Positions 7,151 through 21,132 are shown, counted from the first letter of the stretch. The stretch: DNA of 31,785 nucleotides from Paraphysomonas bandaiensis (GCA_965644295.1 CBFFRP010000326.1:1-31785), one strand, 5' to 3'. Notes: generated by a model from the letters alone, not told the origin. Program-made: numbers and translations.

Positions 7151-8431
7151 TTATAATATAACCATCGTACAATACTCCATATACATATGGCAGATACGGT
7201 TACTTACATTCTTTCTTGTCAAAGATATCGGAGATCCACATGGAGAGCCTACGGGTGATATTTTCGGTGAAGGTCCCTGTGATCCTCTGGGTGATGGAGC
7301 GGGCGACCCTCTGGTTAATCCCCTAATTGGGGCATCATAGACAATGGATTTTCCCCTCCCAGAACCCTTTCTTAACAGCTGGTGCGCTACCTCCTTCGCA
7401 TCACAGTAAGCTCGGCGGCGTTTGTCCACAGATTGCTCAAAGCTTTTTACGCTTCGGTCGGTATGACTAGACCGTCGGCAGTCCCTAAACCCCCCCTCGG
7501 GAGGGATACACTTTGGAATATATAGTACAAGAGGAACAGGGGCAAAGGTCACCGTCTTTTTTTTCCGACGGTGACACTCCATTTTTAAGGAAGATATTGT
7601 ACTGGTTTTCAATATAGGCAGCGGAAGCTCAACCATATCAGATACAAGTTTTACACCCTGATGTATTACCTCACTCTCATTCTCGTCAGCACGACAATTC
7701 TCATGTTCACTTTCATAAGGCACCACACTATCGTAGCAAACGTGAGGTCGTCCCGCCATAAAGTTGTACATCTCCCGCGTGTATTCTGGCCTACGCAAAT
7801 CTGATCTTCTCGCACGTTTCTTAGTGAGTTTGGTCCAGAAATATTTCCCGAATATTCTCCTGCGAAGGTCAGTCTGCAAATGATTCAGCGGAGCACAAAT
7901 AAAAGGACAGTTGTAACAATACGTTGAAAAACTCTCCTCATCAAAAGGGGCACTCTTGGCGATATCTGCAACCTCGACATTATGGTCCCCTGTAACCCCA
8001 TTGGAACACACAACTTCCACCAACTTTTCCGATGTGGAGCAGTCGAGGCTCTTTTGCGTGACAGTAGTAAACATGACATACAAAAAGTGCGGCATGCACT
8101 CAGAACTCAAAGTGAGATAGTTCCAGAGACCATGAGTGAACTCACAGTAGTCGAGCCTCCCGTTCCTATCCACATCGAAGAAATCAAACAGAGTTCTCGC
8201 TAACGCTGTTTGAGGCAGCATTAGATATTTACAAAACTCCACATCAGATATCACAGCCCCATGCTCATTCCCGCCGCTACGCGAGAGACTCTCAAATGCT
8301 GCGTGGAACTTGTTCAATTCACGGTCAGTTAAATCGATCCTTTTGAATACACGGGCTGTGAGGTCACGTCTCTGCGATGAGGGGAGTTCACTGGTCTTAT
8401 CAGCAACCTTGACGGAGGTGTTGCTACCCAT
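7151..8431 (-). CDS. EF-hand calcium-binding protein (calcineurin B/recoverin-like N-terminus) with a predicted N-myristoylation site and a Ser/Pro-rich tail
   Basis: Single long ORF. First ATG at 8431 gives MGSNTS (MGxxxS); canonical EF loop DVDRNGRLDYCE; SP-rich C-terminus. Confidence 0.8.
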   Translation of the reverse strand: MGSNTSVKVADKTSELPSSQRRDLTARVFKRIDLTDRELNKFHAAFESLSRSGGNEHGAVISDVEFCKYLMLPQTALARTLFDFFDVDRNGRLDYCEFTHGLWNYLTLSSECMPHFLYVMFTTVTQKSLDCSTSEKLVEVVCSNGVTGDHNVEVADIAKSAPFDEESFSTYCYNCPFICAPLNHLQTDLRRRIFGKYFWTKLTKKRARRSDLRRPEYTREMYNFMAGRPHVCYDSVVPYESEHENCRADENESEVIHQGVKLVSDMVELPLPILKTSTISSLKMECHRRKKKTVTFAPVPLVLYIPKCIPPEGGFRDCRRSSHTDRSVKSFEQSVDKRRRAYCDAKEVAHQLLRKGSGRGKSIVYDAPIRGLTRGSPAPSPRGSQGPSPKISPVGSPCGSPISLTRKNVSNRICHMYMEYCTMVIL

Positions 8432-8868
8432 CGCCAGCACATGCTAGTGAGTGTGAATTGGAAAGGTGTGGTAGATACAGCATTGTCTACGTGTTGTTTA
8501 TAGGTCTGAGATATTTTGTATACCATCAACCGTTACCAGGCATCTATACTCTACACACACACCTACGTCGTAGCCGGAGGATATCTATACGCACACTGCC
8601 GCAGTGTTTCCACTCCTAGGAACGCACACCATCATACCATATACCTACATGCATATACATCATACCATACTATTATACAGTGTATACCGGTATATCTAAA
8701 ATACAGTCCTGTATGCGAAGTGGTGTAGTCATATGATTGAGTGTGTCAGAGTGCATCACTGTTAAAGTATTGTATGCAGCTGCGTACTATCTATAGCTCA
8801 TATTATAGAGGAGAAACACGATTGAATTCATATACATCATCCTGTCTCTAGTATATCGCATCGGATAG

Positions 8869-11099
8869 ATGGAAACTATCCCTATACTGTATCGGGTGGA
8901 GGGGGACAGGGAAGACAACATCAACTGCTTCGATATCGAGGTATATGCCTCAAAGGAGGTCCTTCTGTTTGATATCTTGAAGGCATGGTCTATTTGGCAC
9001 CCTATAGGGATTAACTTCACTTTCTATGCCCGCGCTAGTGGAGAAAATATGATACATCTCGAGTCCCCAGCTTGTTGCGTCCCCGTGATAGATGGTAAAA
9101 TATTCTTACTCTTGAAACCGAGTAGCTACTTCCCATATGCGCCTGCCGAGCAGACAGTTGCATGGTTTGAGAAAAGTCAGAGGGATGTATATGGCACCAG
9201 TACCAGTGTTGCTTCGCGTTTTCGTCAATCCTTTTTTCATCAAAGCTCGAGGGGGAAGTCCGACAAAAGTACACAAGGCAGTAGGGCCTCTCCACAGCAG
9301 GGCTCTCAATCTCGATCTCAAGCTGAAAAGGCGAAAGAAATTAGTAGCGGCAAACGTGAACAGTCCGGAAAGTCTAGTACACCTCCTAGTAGCAATAGTG
9401 GTGGAATCGATATAAACCAGCTGGCAGGTGCTGCCGAAGCGGCGTCGCAGGTGCCCCGCTTATTTCATTTCTATATCAATTTCTCATGATTGTGGTGGTG
9501 AAACTAATTCAGGCTGGAATGGAGGCAGCTGGGGTAGCGGCTAGGTCTCTGTTTAACTTCGCCGCGAGCACTCTCAAAACAGTTGCGAGTAGTGCATCTT
9601 CTTTCTCAACTGGTAGTGTATTGCAGGTGTGTAAAGAATACAAACGGTCATATTTGTTTTCGAGATTTATTATGTGTTTTGTGCAGGTTGGAGAGCATAG
9701 AGTTTCATTTATCCGGGATCTTGCGGAAGGAGGTTTCGGAAAAGTGTCCTTGGTAAAAGACGCGAACACGCAAGGATCGTACTACGCTATGAAAACTCTG
9801 CTGTGCCAAACGAAGGAGCAGGTGCTTTACCATGTATACATTTCTGCTAGTGTTTACAATTGCATAGTTGGCAGATGCGAACAATGAACTTAGAATGCTT
9901 CAGCGATTCCGTGGTCATCCGAATATCATTAATCTTGTTGACAATTGTAATGTTGCAGTGGGAAAAAAGAATAGCAATACTAGACAGGTAAGTGTGTATG
10001 CGAAGTTGGGTACATATCACATGACTCAGTATTGATTCAGCTTTACTTTTTGTTTCCTATTTACCATGTGGGCACATGCTGGGACCTGATTGAGGCGGCC
10101 CTTAGCGGAGGCGACTCTCAGTTGGGACCTCCTTCTTGTTGGTGCTTCAATGAACGCCAAGCTCTAGAGGTTTACCGAAGACTCCCGAGGAGTATTTTCA
10201 CTCACTATTTCGTATTGTTTAGATTATTCTCGGTACTGCCAGAGCTCTTATTGCACTTCACGACTCGCAGGTTTTGCACAACGACATGAAGCCCCATAAC
10301 AGTATGTAACATTTCTTCCGCAATTATATGTATAACTCCGAAATAGTACTATTGACCGATGATATGCAACCAGTGGTAATGGACTTGGGAAGTTCGGGGC
10401 CATATATGCAAGTGAGTGTATATTGTAAATATATGTCCCCAGTGATGATGATGATTTGTAGGTGAGGACTAGGAGAGAGGCATTAATGCTGGAGGAAGAC
10501 GCTGCTATCAAGTGCTCTGCCCCATATCGATCCCCCGAGCTCACACAGGTTAGTTTTGTAGCCAGTGATGTCATGGTAGTGAGAAAGCTGTTTTTGCTGG
10601 TGCTCTGTAGCACATGTCCTTCTTGTTTCTGTGCTAGTTAGATGGGAGTTAGGCTTCTCTGAAGGATATTTGTAGGTTCCTAATTCGTGCGACATAGGAG
10701 GGTGGTGTGATATATGGAGCCTGGGCTGCACGATGTATTGCCTAGCATTTGGTTGGTCGCCATTTGAATCGCCGAAGTACTACCATACGAGTGACATTTC
10801 ATTTTTCTTACACATAGTGTATCATATCATAGGGAGGGGGTCCTTAAACTCGCCATCTTAAATGGACGGTACTCCATTCCGTCTCAACGGAGGAATCGAG
10901 ACACTACTTTCTCGGCCGAATATGTGGAGCTCATTGAGGTTTGTTTACCTGTTTACCATGCTGTTGTTCTACTTTTTGGTTTTACGTTAATGGCTCTTTC
11001 TTACAGTCCATGCTTCAAGTGGATTACACTTTGCGCCCAACCGCTGAAGCTGTAAAAAATCGCGTAAAGGAGTTGATGGAGGCGCATGGTGGATATTAG
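8869..11099 (+). CDS. Multi-exon NAK-family (STK16/MPSK1-like) Ser/Thr kinase with an N-terminal DIX-like domain
   Basis: GT-AG introns (e.g. 9451-9512, 9627-9686, 9822-9867) join LAEGGFGKV, YAMK, HPNII, HNDMKPHN, VMDLGS, REALMLEEDAAIKCSAPYRSPEL and DIWSLGCTMYCLAFGWSPFE; stop TAG at 11097-11099. Confidence 0.9.
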
Positions 11100-12333
11100 G
11101 ATGGGTTACGTTGCGGAATGTCACTCATCCTCTGTGGTCGTTATAATCCATTGATGTGTTTGACTGGTAGCGATAGCTGTCGTGGGATTATGAATTAATG
11201 GTCTCTTTCTAGGGTCGTATTCTATTATATTCAATTTATATATTGCGATTTTGTACACAGAATCTCCTCTTGTTTACTTTAAGAGATTAAATGTATTGGA
11301 TTTGTATCACCAGCTAGAGTTGCCAAAGATGTAAATTTCGGCAAACGAAGCTACTAAAATACGTATTCTGAATTACAAATAGGACCCTGATTTTTTTCCT
11401 TACGTTTCGTTATTCGTTAACACTTATGATACGATATATCGTAGTGATAGTTTGTGTATTTTAACTCCTTTCATTTATGATAATTAATTTGTCTTAAATA
11501 TTTATATTACTCGAGCTGGTAACAGTTTTAAGTTTAGTAACATCGTAGCGCTAAAATATCGGGTAGCGTTATATTTTGAAGCAGATCTTACACTATTGTC
11601 TGATGTACATTGTGTCATGGAAGATTGGTGTGATATTTACAGTTTTTTAGCAACGACTTTTCATTTGAATCGTAAGCTTATGCGTTACACAACTGACTTA
11701 ACAAGTATCATAACACTAGAGATAACTTGTTGCGTGAAGGTGGAGAGGGGTAACAGGATCCCAAGAAATCCGAGTAGACGACAGAATAAAGCATTAGATA
11801 GTTCAATTCCAATGCTACAATAGTTCAGACTCTTACACGCCTGTTGCTAATCATGCGACATTCATTACTATAGTACGACTCCAGCCATTAGATATAACAA
11901 TAAACCACACTGACTTCGCTAAAAACTACATGCATTCGTACATCCAGCCCTCGACTATAGCCTCAGGTTCTATACCCCGTGTAAATAGGCTCTGACCAGG
12001 GCATACCAGGCATATATTGTTGGTTCACTCTTCTCTCCTATATGCATATCCATGTGCGAGATCCTGCATATCTAGAGGAGAGGAAAATACAGCGTATTCA
12101 GACCCTACACAGTGCTGTGTATGTTTTTTTTATATCCATATTCTTCAATCCCGCTGCACTCCACTCCACACTCTGTACGGTGGTGTACAGTGTAGTGCTG
12201 TGTATGACTCCCAGTATGAGACGGATGGGTTTGAAAGTTCAAAACTGAGAAAAGGATTCGAAGTGAAAGTCTTACTGAGACGAGGCTTCTTTTGTCATCA
12301 GACACAGAAGAGTGTTATCTGCGGTATCTGATT

Positions 12334-15300
12334 ATGGACATCAGGTCGTTTTTTGGATCGAAGGTAATTAATGTGACTGTGTGGTGGGGTTGCTTATATA
12401 TGTACATGGTATGGTTGAATAGAGCAAACCAGCCGCTGCAGGCAGTGCTACTGGTACAACTAATGCCAGTAGTAGTACCAGGGGATCAGAGGTGAAGCAG
12501 AAAAGAGGCAGCAAAGAGGCAGCATCGAGCAAACCTCAAGGGCTGGATGATGATTTGAAAGACAGCGACAGCGATAGTGACGAGAAGCAGCAGCGGGGAG
12601 AGAGACAGAGGTACCCCGTGCTGTGTGTATGCGGGTTTGAGTTTATTTATAGTATTTATGTGGCAACCAACGCTGGTATATATGTATATACAGTAATATA
12701 TATGTATGTGCTTAGAAAGCGACTCCGAGGAAATGGTAAACGGGCCGCTCCCGCAGTCGAGGCTGCACCAGTGTCTAACCAAGTTCCAACACAAGTAACG
12801 TCCACGAAGAGAAAACTAGAGTCGCCTGAAATACATCAAAAAGCTAGTTCCCCTAGGAAGAGTACAGCGTCCCCTGAACATGGGGCACCCAATGATCGTA
12901 TAAAAACTGTCCTACCGGCTTTGGCTACTAGTAGTGCAACAAAAAATTGTGGAGCTGCCAGTCTGACAGCGGTGTGAATATAGTTACATATTGGAATAAT
13001 TTTCATTGTCTTTCATACTCCCAGGTGGAAGGTGGGGCAGCTGCATTCTTCGGAGAAACACCAGTTAGCTCTGCATCGTGCGCACCTTCTCCGGTTAAAC
13101 GGAAGAGCACTCCTCAGAAGGAAGTAGTGGTAGCCGTTCGAAGTAGTCCCCGTCGTCCGCCCTCTTCTCTTACGTCAGATGTTGATACTGAGACTGTGGC
13201 TAGACCGCATATTCCAGCTGAGGAACTTTCTAGTGTACCCCCTGTCGGGGCAAACGGCTGTTTGTGTGATATGCGCATCGCCTTCACAGGAACTATGGGG
13301 GAGCATATGTCCAGAGAGTCTCTAGAAGAGCTTGTTCTGCAGTATGGAGCTAAGGTGTGAGAGAATTCTTTGGCTTGTACAGTTTGACGTGTTTAACAGG
13401 TTTCAAAAAGCATATCCGGAAAGACTACTCTTCTGGTTGCATCGGAGCAACTTGAAGATGGTAGACCAGCCACTTCGAGCTCGAAGTATCGACAAGCTAT
13501 GGAGCGTAAGGTGTGCTAGTTATAAGAACTGTGATTAGTCTTGCACTTATATCTAGTAGATTCGAATTATATCAGAACGCGACTTATTGCTGCAAATCCA
13601 AGCTTCCTACGTGGCCCCTGCACCAACACCGGTCAGCATGCCTCAGCCCGCAAAGGTCTCTACTGTGATACGTTCAAGTAAACCACAGCCATCCACTGCG
13701 ATACATGTGGACACAAGTGACATGCTGTGGGTCGACAAGTACAAGCCCGACAAGTTGCAGGATGTCATTGGAGGTACGGAGAATATCAAGAAACTTGTGG
13801 ACTGGCTTAAGCGGTGGGACGCTGTACATATAAGAAAAACTCAGAAGGCAGGTCTAGTATTTTATAGTCCATTTCATCTGACCGCCAGTAGGTACCATTT
13901 AACAAGGAGAATCCTGGTGCTAAAGCTGTGCTAATGTCTGGTCCACCGGGTATGTGACATCTATACGTAACATATTTGCTTAAATATTTATTAATAGGAA
14001 TTGGAAAAACAACACTAGCTAATCTAGTATCACGGCATTTAGGTTATGAGGTACACAACGTTGACCGTAATGTATAGTAGATGCATCTTGGTGATGTACT
14101 TGTGGTTTCGCAGGTCCTGGAGCTGAATGCTTCGGATGTGCGCTCCAAAAGCGCCATTGAAGATCAGGTAATCGACATAAACATGAAGAGGTATCTCTTA
14201 CATGCACCAAGGTTAAAGATGTAGTGCTGTCACGTGCTATGAATGGCGAAGGAAAACTTCGCAATCGAGTTGTGGTGATGGACGAAGTGGATGGTATGGG
14301 TGGCTCCGATAGAGGAGGAATACCTGAGCTGATCAAAATTATTAAGTCTGCTAAAAGCCCCATCATATGTGTCTGTAATGATAGGTACGTAGATATATTA
14401 GCCATCTCAATGATACTAGTCAACCATCTGTACCGTGTTCTATGTAGACAAGAGCGTAAAATTCGTAGCCTTGCGAATCATTGCTACGACATTCGACTGC
14501 GAAGACCGACAAAACAAATGGTGTGCCCCTCGTACATTCTTTGATTTAATGATGTATTTCTTTACAGGTGGCTTCCAGGCTGATCAGCATTGCCCAAAAG
14601 GAAGGCCTGATGGTGAGTTTTGTTAAGTTTTGTATTAAAATTTAAATATTGGTGTAGATTGAACAGAATGCCGGTGAACTACTTGTGGAACAAATGGGAA
14701 ATGATATTAGACAGGTGACTGCAATAGCTGATACCTGTAAGACTTTATTGAGTAAAATGATCGTAACATTCTCTCGAGCAGGTTATCAATGCTGCTCAAA
14801 TGTGGAGAGCCCAGAGTAACACAATGCGCTATGTCGACTTGATGCCTCCTATAAATCAAAGCTCTGGTGGGGCAGGAGGTAGACTAAAGGGCATTACAAA
14901 AGATAAAATACTTCGGCAATCTCCATTTGATGCCTGCGGAATGATACTTTCTGGCCGAAAAAATGATATCAATGATCGCTATAATTCTTTTTTCATAGGT
15001 CAGTCACCGTGATATGATATACATCTCTGGCTTTACCAACCTTTTAACTTTTGCTCTGCAGATTATTCTCTTTTGCCCCTCCTGGTGCAGCAGAACTACA
15101 TTGACTCGTCTCGAAATGGGATATTCAAGACTTCTAACATCAGCGATGGTGACAAGCTGGACATGCTTTCGCAGGCTGCTGATTCTGTATCTGATATGGA
15201 GCTAGCGGGGTCTGCGGTTAGAGGCAATGATATGCATTGGGAGTTACTTCCATTGCAGGTTAGATTGAATCTAATATATGGCGTACTGTTGTGGATATAT

Positions 15301-16217
15301 GTTTAATATGGATTTCGTAACACAGGCTGCATGCTCCTTAAGTGTTGGTCACAAGGTTCACGGATTTCAAGGATTTCCCACTTTTCCGGCGGTATGTGGT
15401 GTATATTGGGTATCCCGTAGTAATAGTTGGAAAATGCAGTGGCTGGGAAAATACAGTTCTACAGGAAAGTCGAAACGACAGATACAGGAATTAGTAATGC
15501 ACACTCAAGTTGCCGTCGGGCAGGTGAGTGATGCGTCTACATGGATTAATATATGTGTGAAACAGTTATAGGGTTTTGACCCGGTTCGACTAGAGTACAC
15601 GCCTTACTTAAGGTATATACTGCTCCGACTGTTGAAAGACAGCGGAAATAATGCATTGAAAGTTGATGCTGAGGGGAAGTCAGTAACAGGCATTGAAGAG
15701 GTATGTTTTTATCTGGCGTATTTCAAGAATATGTTATTAATTTTGATGTTTCAACGTTAGGTGATAAATACCCTGGATAGTTACGGATTGAGTAGAGATG
15801 ATTTAATGGAAACTATGAAAGACCTTCAACTCACTGCTCAGGGCGATAAGGTATGGTAGTTGCAGTCTGTAATGACGCGGAGTAAGAGTATCACAGTCAC
15901 TTGTGGATCACTATGAGTCAATGGATGCAAAGTTGAAAGCTGCATTTACTCGACAGTATAATGCTGTCGAGCATAAAAGCCAGGCTCTCGTTGAAAGTAT
16001 GATAATCGGGAAGAAGCGACGGGCGGCAGTAACCATAGATGAAATTGATGACGAGGAAGGGACAGTCGAAGATCTTGGTGCTGCGAAGGCTGTTGATAAC
16101 GATAACAGCGATGAGGATATTGATCTGGAAGCCTTTATGAAGAAGCACAGTAAGTCTAAGAAAAGTTCTAGGGGAAATGCCACAAAGGGTAAAGCAAAAG
16201 CAAAGAAAAAAGCTTAA
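12334..16217 (+). CDS. RFC1: Replication factor C subunit 1 (multi-exon)
   Basis: N-terminal MDIRSFFG; BRCT domain (FTGTM...LVLQYGAKV); LWVDKYKP; Walker A GPPGIGKTT (split by an intron); LELNASD; Walker B MDEVDGM; IICVCND; LLVQQNY; WLGKYS; KAAFTRQYN; Lys-rich tail. Confidence 0.96.
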
Positions 16218-16711
16218 GGAGTATTGAGTTGAATACGATTGATTTGTAAGGCTGTGTACGCACATTTCTGTATTTATATGAAGACCCAGACCATTCTAAG
16301 TTGATGCTTATGAATATATATGGGTTTTAAATTACCTTTTGTGCGAGCGATTGAAATATTCAGTGGCACTCAAATATTAGGTTACGGCCAACTCCTAAAT
16401 ACTAAATACGTACTTGTAGCTAGTTGATTCGCTAACAGCTACCTTGTATTCTGTGTATAGCTATTAAGCTAACACTCTGTAAGTATGACATTCATAAAAC
16501 ATCTGTTTCTTATTATTCACCAGTCAATTTTCCTAGAACTATAAATATTTTATGTATTCAAGCATCAATAACGGAATTTTATTCCTTCGTAGTAAGTAGT
16601 AATTATAGGGATCAATTGGGTGTAATTTCCTAGTCACACCAATATTGGTGTAAAAACCTAGTCAATTCATATTTCATATTCTTCAGTTCAACTGTGTAGT
16701 ACAATGGTGTA

Positions 16712-16994
16712 GGAGAAGTACAAAGGGAAGAAGAATGTCGTCGAAAAACGTGGCGACATATCCAACGACGACTCGGAGGAAGGGGTACCGCGAAAGCGCA
16801 CGAGCAGGGTAAGTAATACTGTTCATAACGATGATGGCGGGGTCGTCGAATCCCAGCAGAAAGCAGATCTGATACCTCCCGCTGTTGCTGAACTTCGTCA
16901 GGAAATGATGTCCGGACTAACAGAACTTCGTGATCTTTTGATGAGAAAAAATGAAGATCTTCCACCTGCTCGCAGCCCTGGTATTCACCTCTAG
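16712..16994 (+). pseudogene. Orphan exon-like fragments of unknown origin
   Basis: GC-richer island reading EKYKGKKNVVEKRGDISNDDSEEGVPRKRTSR, a gtaag donor, then ADLIPPAVAELRQEMMSGLTELRDLLMRKNEDLPPARSPGIHL*. No clear start codon. Confidence 0.25.
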
Positions 16995-17029
16995 TCAAAA
17001 ATAAAATTTCATTCAAACAAGTAGTGAAT

Positions 17030-17095
17030 GTCTCTTATTATTATTAGCAAAAGAGGCGTTTAAGAGTCAGAATTAATATAGCATTGCAGTTTATC
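17030..17095 (-). mobile_element. Short 3'-tail remnant of the retroelement subfamily seen at 1931-2110
   Basis: ttagcaa..aggcgtttaagagtcagaa.taat.ta.cattgca matches 1942-1985. Confidence 0.6.
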
Positions 17096-17293
17096 AATAG
17101 CTGTTAAGGATTGCTCACGACTGATGACATTCATAATTGATGAAAGTAAATCATAGATACACGATACTACTATAAAATAGTTCGTGGAGATAAATTGTCA
17201 TACCGTTCTCATTGCTAGTGAACATTATTCGATATATTGTCTACGAGATATAGTATAAACACTGGAAAACATCAATATCCAAGTCTACAAGGT

Positions 17294-20085
17294 CTAGAGG
17301 AGTCCAAACCCTTCAGACTCTTCGATACAGAACCGCAGTTTTTTCGCAAGAACTTCTCGGGAACTATACTCGGGAAGAAGTAAATGATTAAAGCAGGTAT
17401 GTGCAGAAGGAAGCCTGGAATCGTCAGAACCGTTTCGCGATATAACAAAGTGCATTTTAGACAAACCATCAATAGGAGAACGGTCACTAAACAGCAGAAT
17501 AACCCCATTAAATCGACAATCGCTACTACAACAAATATATACCTCCCCGAGATAAATTTCAAGAAGTGCCTTTTCTCATCTTCACTAAAAGTATGTAATT
17601 CGTCCCAGAAATCCTTTATAACTTTCTCAGAGCCATCGTAGCCATCGTCATACCTGTCGTTGCATTGATTTAGGAGAATAACTCGACTACAAGGACGCGC
17701 ACAAATACATTCACACAGAGAGTTTATCTATATATGTATAAAATAACCTTGTTCCCTCTTCTAACGCTGCAAAATCAAGCTCTGGGTTACCGCATATTAA
17801 AAGCTCCAACTCGGAAGGTGCAAAGAGGTCAAGCGCGGCACCTCCACACACCTTTGCAACCATAGTATAACTTAAGTCACGAAACTGATCAGTCATAGAA
17901 CAAACCTTTTTGAAGCCTCTATCGAATGCATTGAACTGAAGTGCTACACTGGCGTTGAGCATATAGTCTACGTACAGCTGAACATATTTTTCCTTATTCA
18001 CATTGGTCACTGGAATATTGGACCCGTTCTCAATTAAATTTACGGTTTTCAGTTCGCCCATCGTCTCGTAAGTAATACAAAAGAATGCACCAAAAACGTC
18101 CTGTACATTACCATCGAAATCTAGCAGCTTTTTTAGTCCAGCAGCAAGATCAGGTTGAAGCTCAGCCAAATCTTCCAATGTGCAGTCAGCACCTTTTAGC
18201 TTTTTGTATATAACCTTATAGAGATTTCATTACAACAATAAATATTTTCCCACAATATACCTTCGGCATTCTAAAGTCAATGATTATAGAATTGTATATA
18301 GCAACACCCAACAATATGCCAATTAACTCGAACTCCGTTTCAGACTCAAAGCTATCAGAATTAAACCACAGCAATCTTGACTCTTCATAGTACCGAAACA
18401 TTCCATAGCTGGGATCCAGCAATTCTTTCATCATAATCTGACCGCATACAGCTCCTAGTGAGTGTACGATGTGTGAATAATATATGCACAGTAACCTGAT
18501 AAAACTCTTTCCTGACCCCACCTTCATCAACTCCTTCCTCGTTATCAAACACTACTTTAAGTGGCTTTTTGTAATCAGAGTCGGCAAATATTACAAAATG
18601 GTTAATAGTATCCATAACAATTTGGTCCCGGCGAACTCGCAAAACAAGATACGGCGACATATAACGAGAGCCACTTGCTATGGCATCTTCATACTCTTGA
18701 TGAATCCCCTAGAAAATCGAGTGATCACTCACGGACTAATACAAAATGAGAAGAGTATATACAACATGATACCTGTCTCATTTGCACGGCGGCATCTAGT
18801 TCCAGTACCTGAGCCTTCACCGCAGGAGACAGTACGTACGGAAATGAAATGAAAGAATTGAGGGTACCACTACCTCTGTCCACAGGAATTCTGGCTGCCG
18901 CTGTAGTGGTAGTACCCAGATCATTGAGCCACAACTTATACTCTCGCTTCCGGGCCTCGAGAGATGACATGTACTCCGAGCATATCACATCATTGGTGAA
19001 TTCAGAGAGAGGGATAGAAGGGAATCGCCAGTGCGCTGAATGCAGTATAGCCATCACACGGACTGCGCTTCTTGCCTCTTCAATAGCACCTTGGTACATG
19101 CGCAGTGTTATATGCTGTCTAATAACATTTAGCACGTGGGTATACACGTTCAATGGCACTGTTTCTAGATAGCGTGCCAGTGATGTTCGCGATAGCACTG
19201 GAAGTTTATCGACCGCTGCGACCAAACTGCGCAATATCGTGATATACTGGGGATCAAGTAGTAGTGGGTGACAGAGAACTATCATATACTGCTTGAGAAA
19301 AAAAGGATCCTCACAGGAGGACGCATGTCGGGGCATGTCCGCAGTAAGAGTGATCAATGCATTCATCAATGAATTCACAACGCCTTCGTGTTGACTTGAC
19401 ACTAACAGGTCATAAACCCGACATACGTCTGCAATGTCAAGTCGAATCTCCCTGTCCAATTCCGAGTCAGAGAAAGGGGAAGACTGAGCGCCGACCATAG
19501 CCATGTTAGTTTGCTCATAGGCACACACCGCCATCTTCGTGTCGGGTTTCACAGCGAACAAAGACTCTTTTTCGTTGAAGCAATTACTATCAATCTCCAT
19601 AGAGGCGCTAGTTGGAGTAAAACATGCACAGAGAAGTTTTGGAGTTGAGAACACTCTGTTAATTAGAACAAAGACCTATATCGAATACATAACGATCACA
19701 CTACACAGACCCCATTAATGTCCACTCACCGGTCCATACGAACCACTGATCTTACATTCATTCAAAATACTCTGAATGATGTCGCCACTTATTTCGGGAG
19801 GGTCCAATCGTCCAGGGGGCTCAACGGCGGTCCCATCAGCCGAATTATCGAGTGACATCGCTGAATCAGTCTTAACGGCACTAGGCGCTGTTGAGGCCTT
19901 TCTGTTCAATTGTTGGAAGGAAGCCAAGTCTTTGAGTGCCTCTGCGGCCGCTCTCTCCTTGTTGTATCCCTATGATCAGATCATGAGACCTCGGGCCCCA
20001 TAACAAAACACGCACTAACCTCCTGTAGATAGGCACTAAACCGCTCATTGAAGAGAGCTGTGGCTTCACTTTTACTTAGCGACAT
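17294..20085 (-). CDS. HECT-type E3 ubiquitin ligase (UBE3A/HERC-like), multi-exon
   Basis: ATG at 20085 (MSLSKSEATALF). Motifs: PYLVLRVRRDQIV, KKPLKVVFDNEEGVDEGGVRKEFYQ, FELIGILLGVAIYN, ELELLICG, catalytic LPSAHTCFNHLLLPEY, terminal EGFGLL* (stop 17294-17296). Confidence 0.93.
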
Positions 20086-21132
20086 GGTGGGAAACAAATT
20101 ATCTGGATAATTGTTTCAAAGTCGTGGTAACTGAGTCCGAGAGTGAGATGGGTGAGAACATATACAACTCTGCCTCTCTCTCTCTCTCTCTATGTATGCT
20201 GTACGCTGTACTGTGTACTGTACACACCACTATCATAACGCTGTATGTGAGCCGAGCCGACTACTGCATGAGTACAGTACAGGAATACCGCGTACGATGT
20301 GGAGGATGCGACAACAAGAAAAGCGACAGAAATGTCGAATAAAAAAATAATATTCTTTAGAACAACTGGAACTACAGTATACAGTAGTATACCTATACAC
20401 ACACCCTACGGATCCGGCCGTATCCTTCCTGATATCCGTCCCACCACTACTTGATCCCCACTGGCTGTATATACATGTACGCCAGCAGTGATGAGTCCAC
20501 AGAGTGGTGATGGAGCGGATGGGGAAGTGGAAGAGAACAGAGCGACATCAGAGTTTCCTTTACTTGGGCTGTATTATTGTGTTGTTGTTGTGTACATTCA
20601 CTTGTGGTAATGTCTATTAGCATGTAGAGGGACTGTAGAAGCGACGCTCCTCTAGATGACTCTATAGCGAAGAGTTTCTTTCGTAATTCTGCTGGACCTG
20701 TTGCACTGGTTGTTAATATGGTCGATGGCTAGCATAACAGGCTTTTTATTCATGAATGACGTTTATGGCTAAGTAATATGTATCTATGAGCCCTTTGATC
20801 CCCTGTTTCATTGTCGTTGTGTGTGTGCCATAGCATATATATTATGATTAGTATGTGTTACTTGTATTCGATAGTGTACTCTTGGTTGACTGAATATACT
20901 AGTGAACTAGCATTCACTTTAAGCAGTAGTGTACGAATTCATCATATCTTCGGGGCAAAGAAAATGATCTTAAGACTTGATTCTATATTACTGGTGACCA
21001 TTCCGTACTGCGCGTGAAGCCTATTGTAGGACTTACTTAATTACTCGACCAGTACGACTTTGTGGCCTTGTTTAGAAATATTAAGAAAATCTGTGTAGTG
21101 ATGCCTTTGGCACTTAGTTTTCCGTCACTGGT

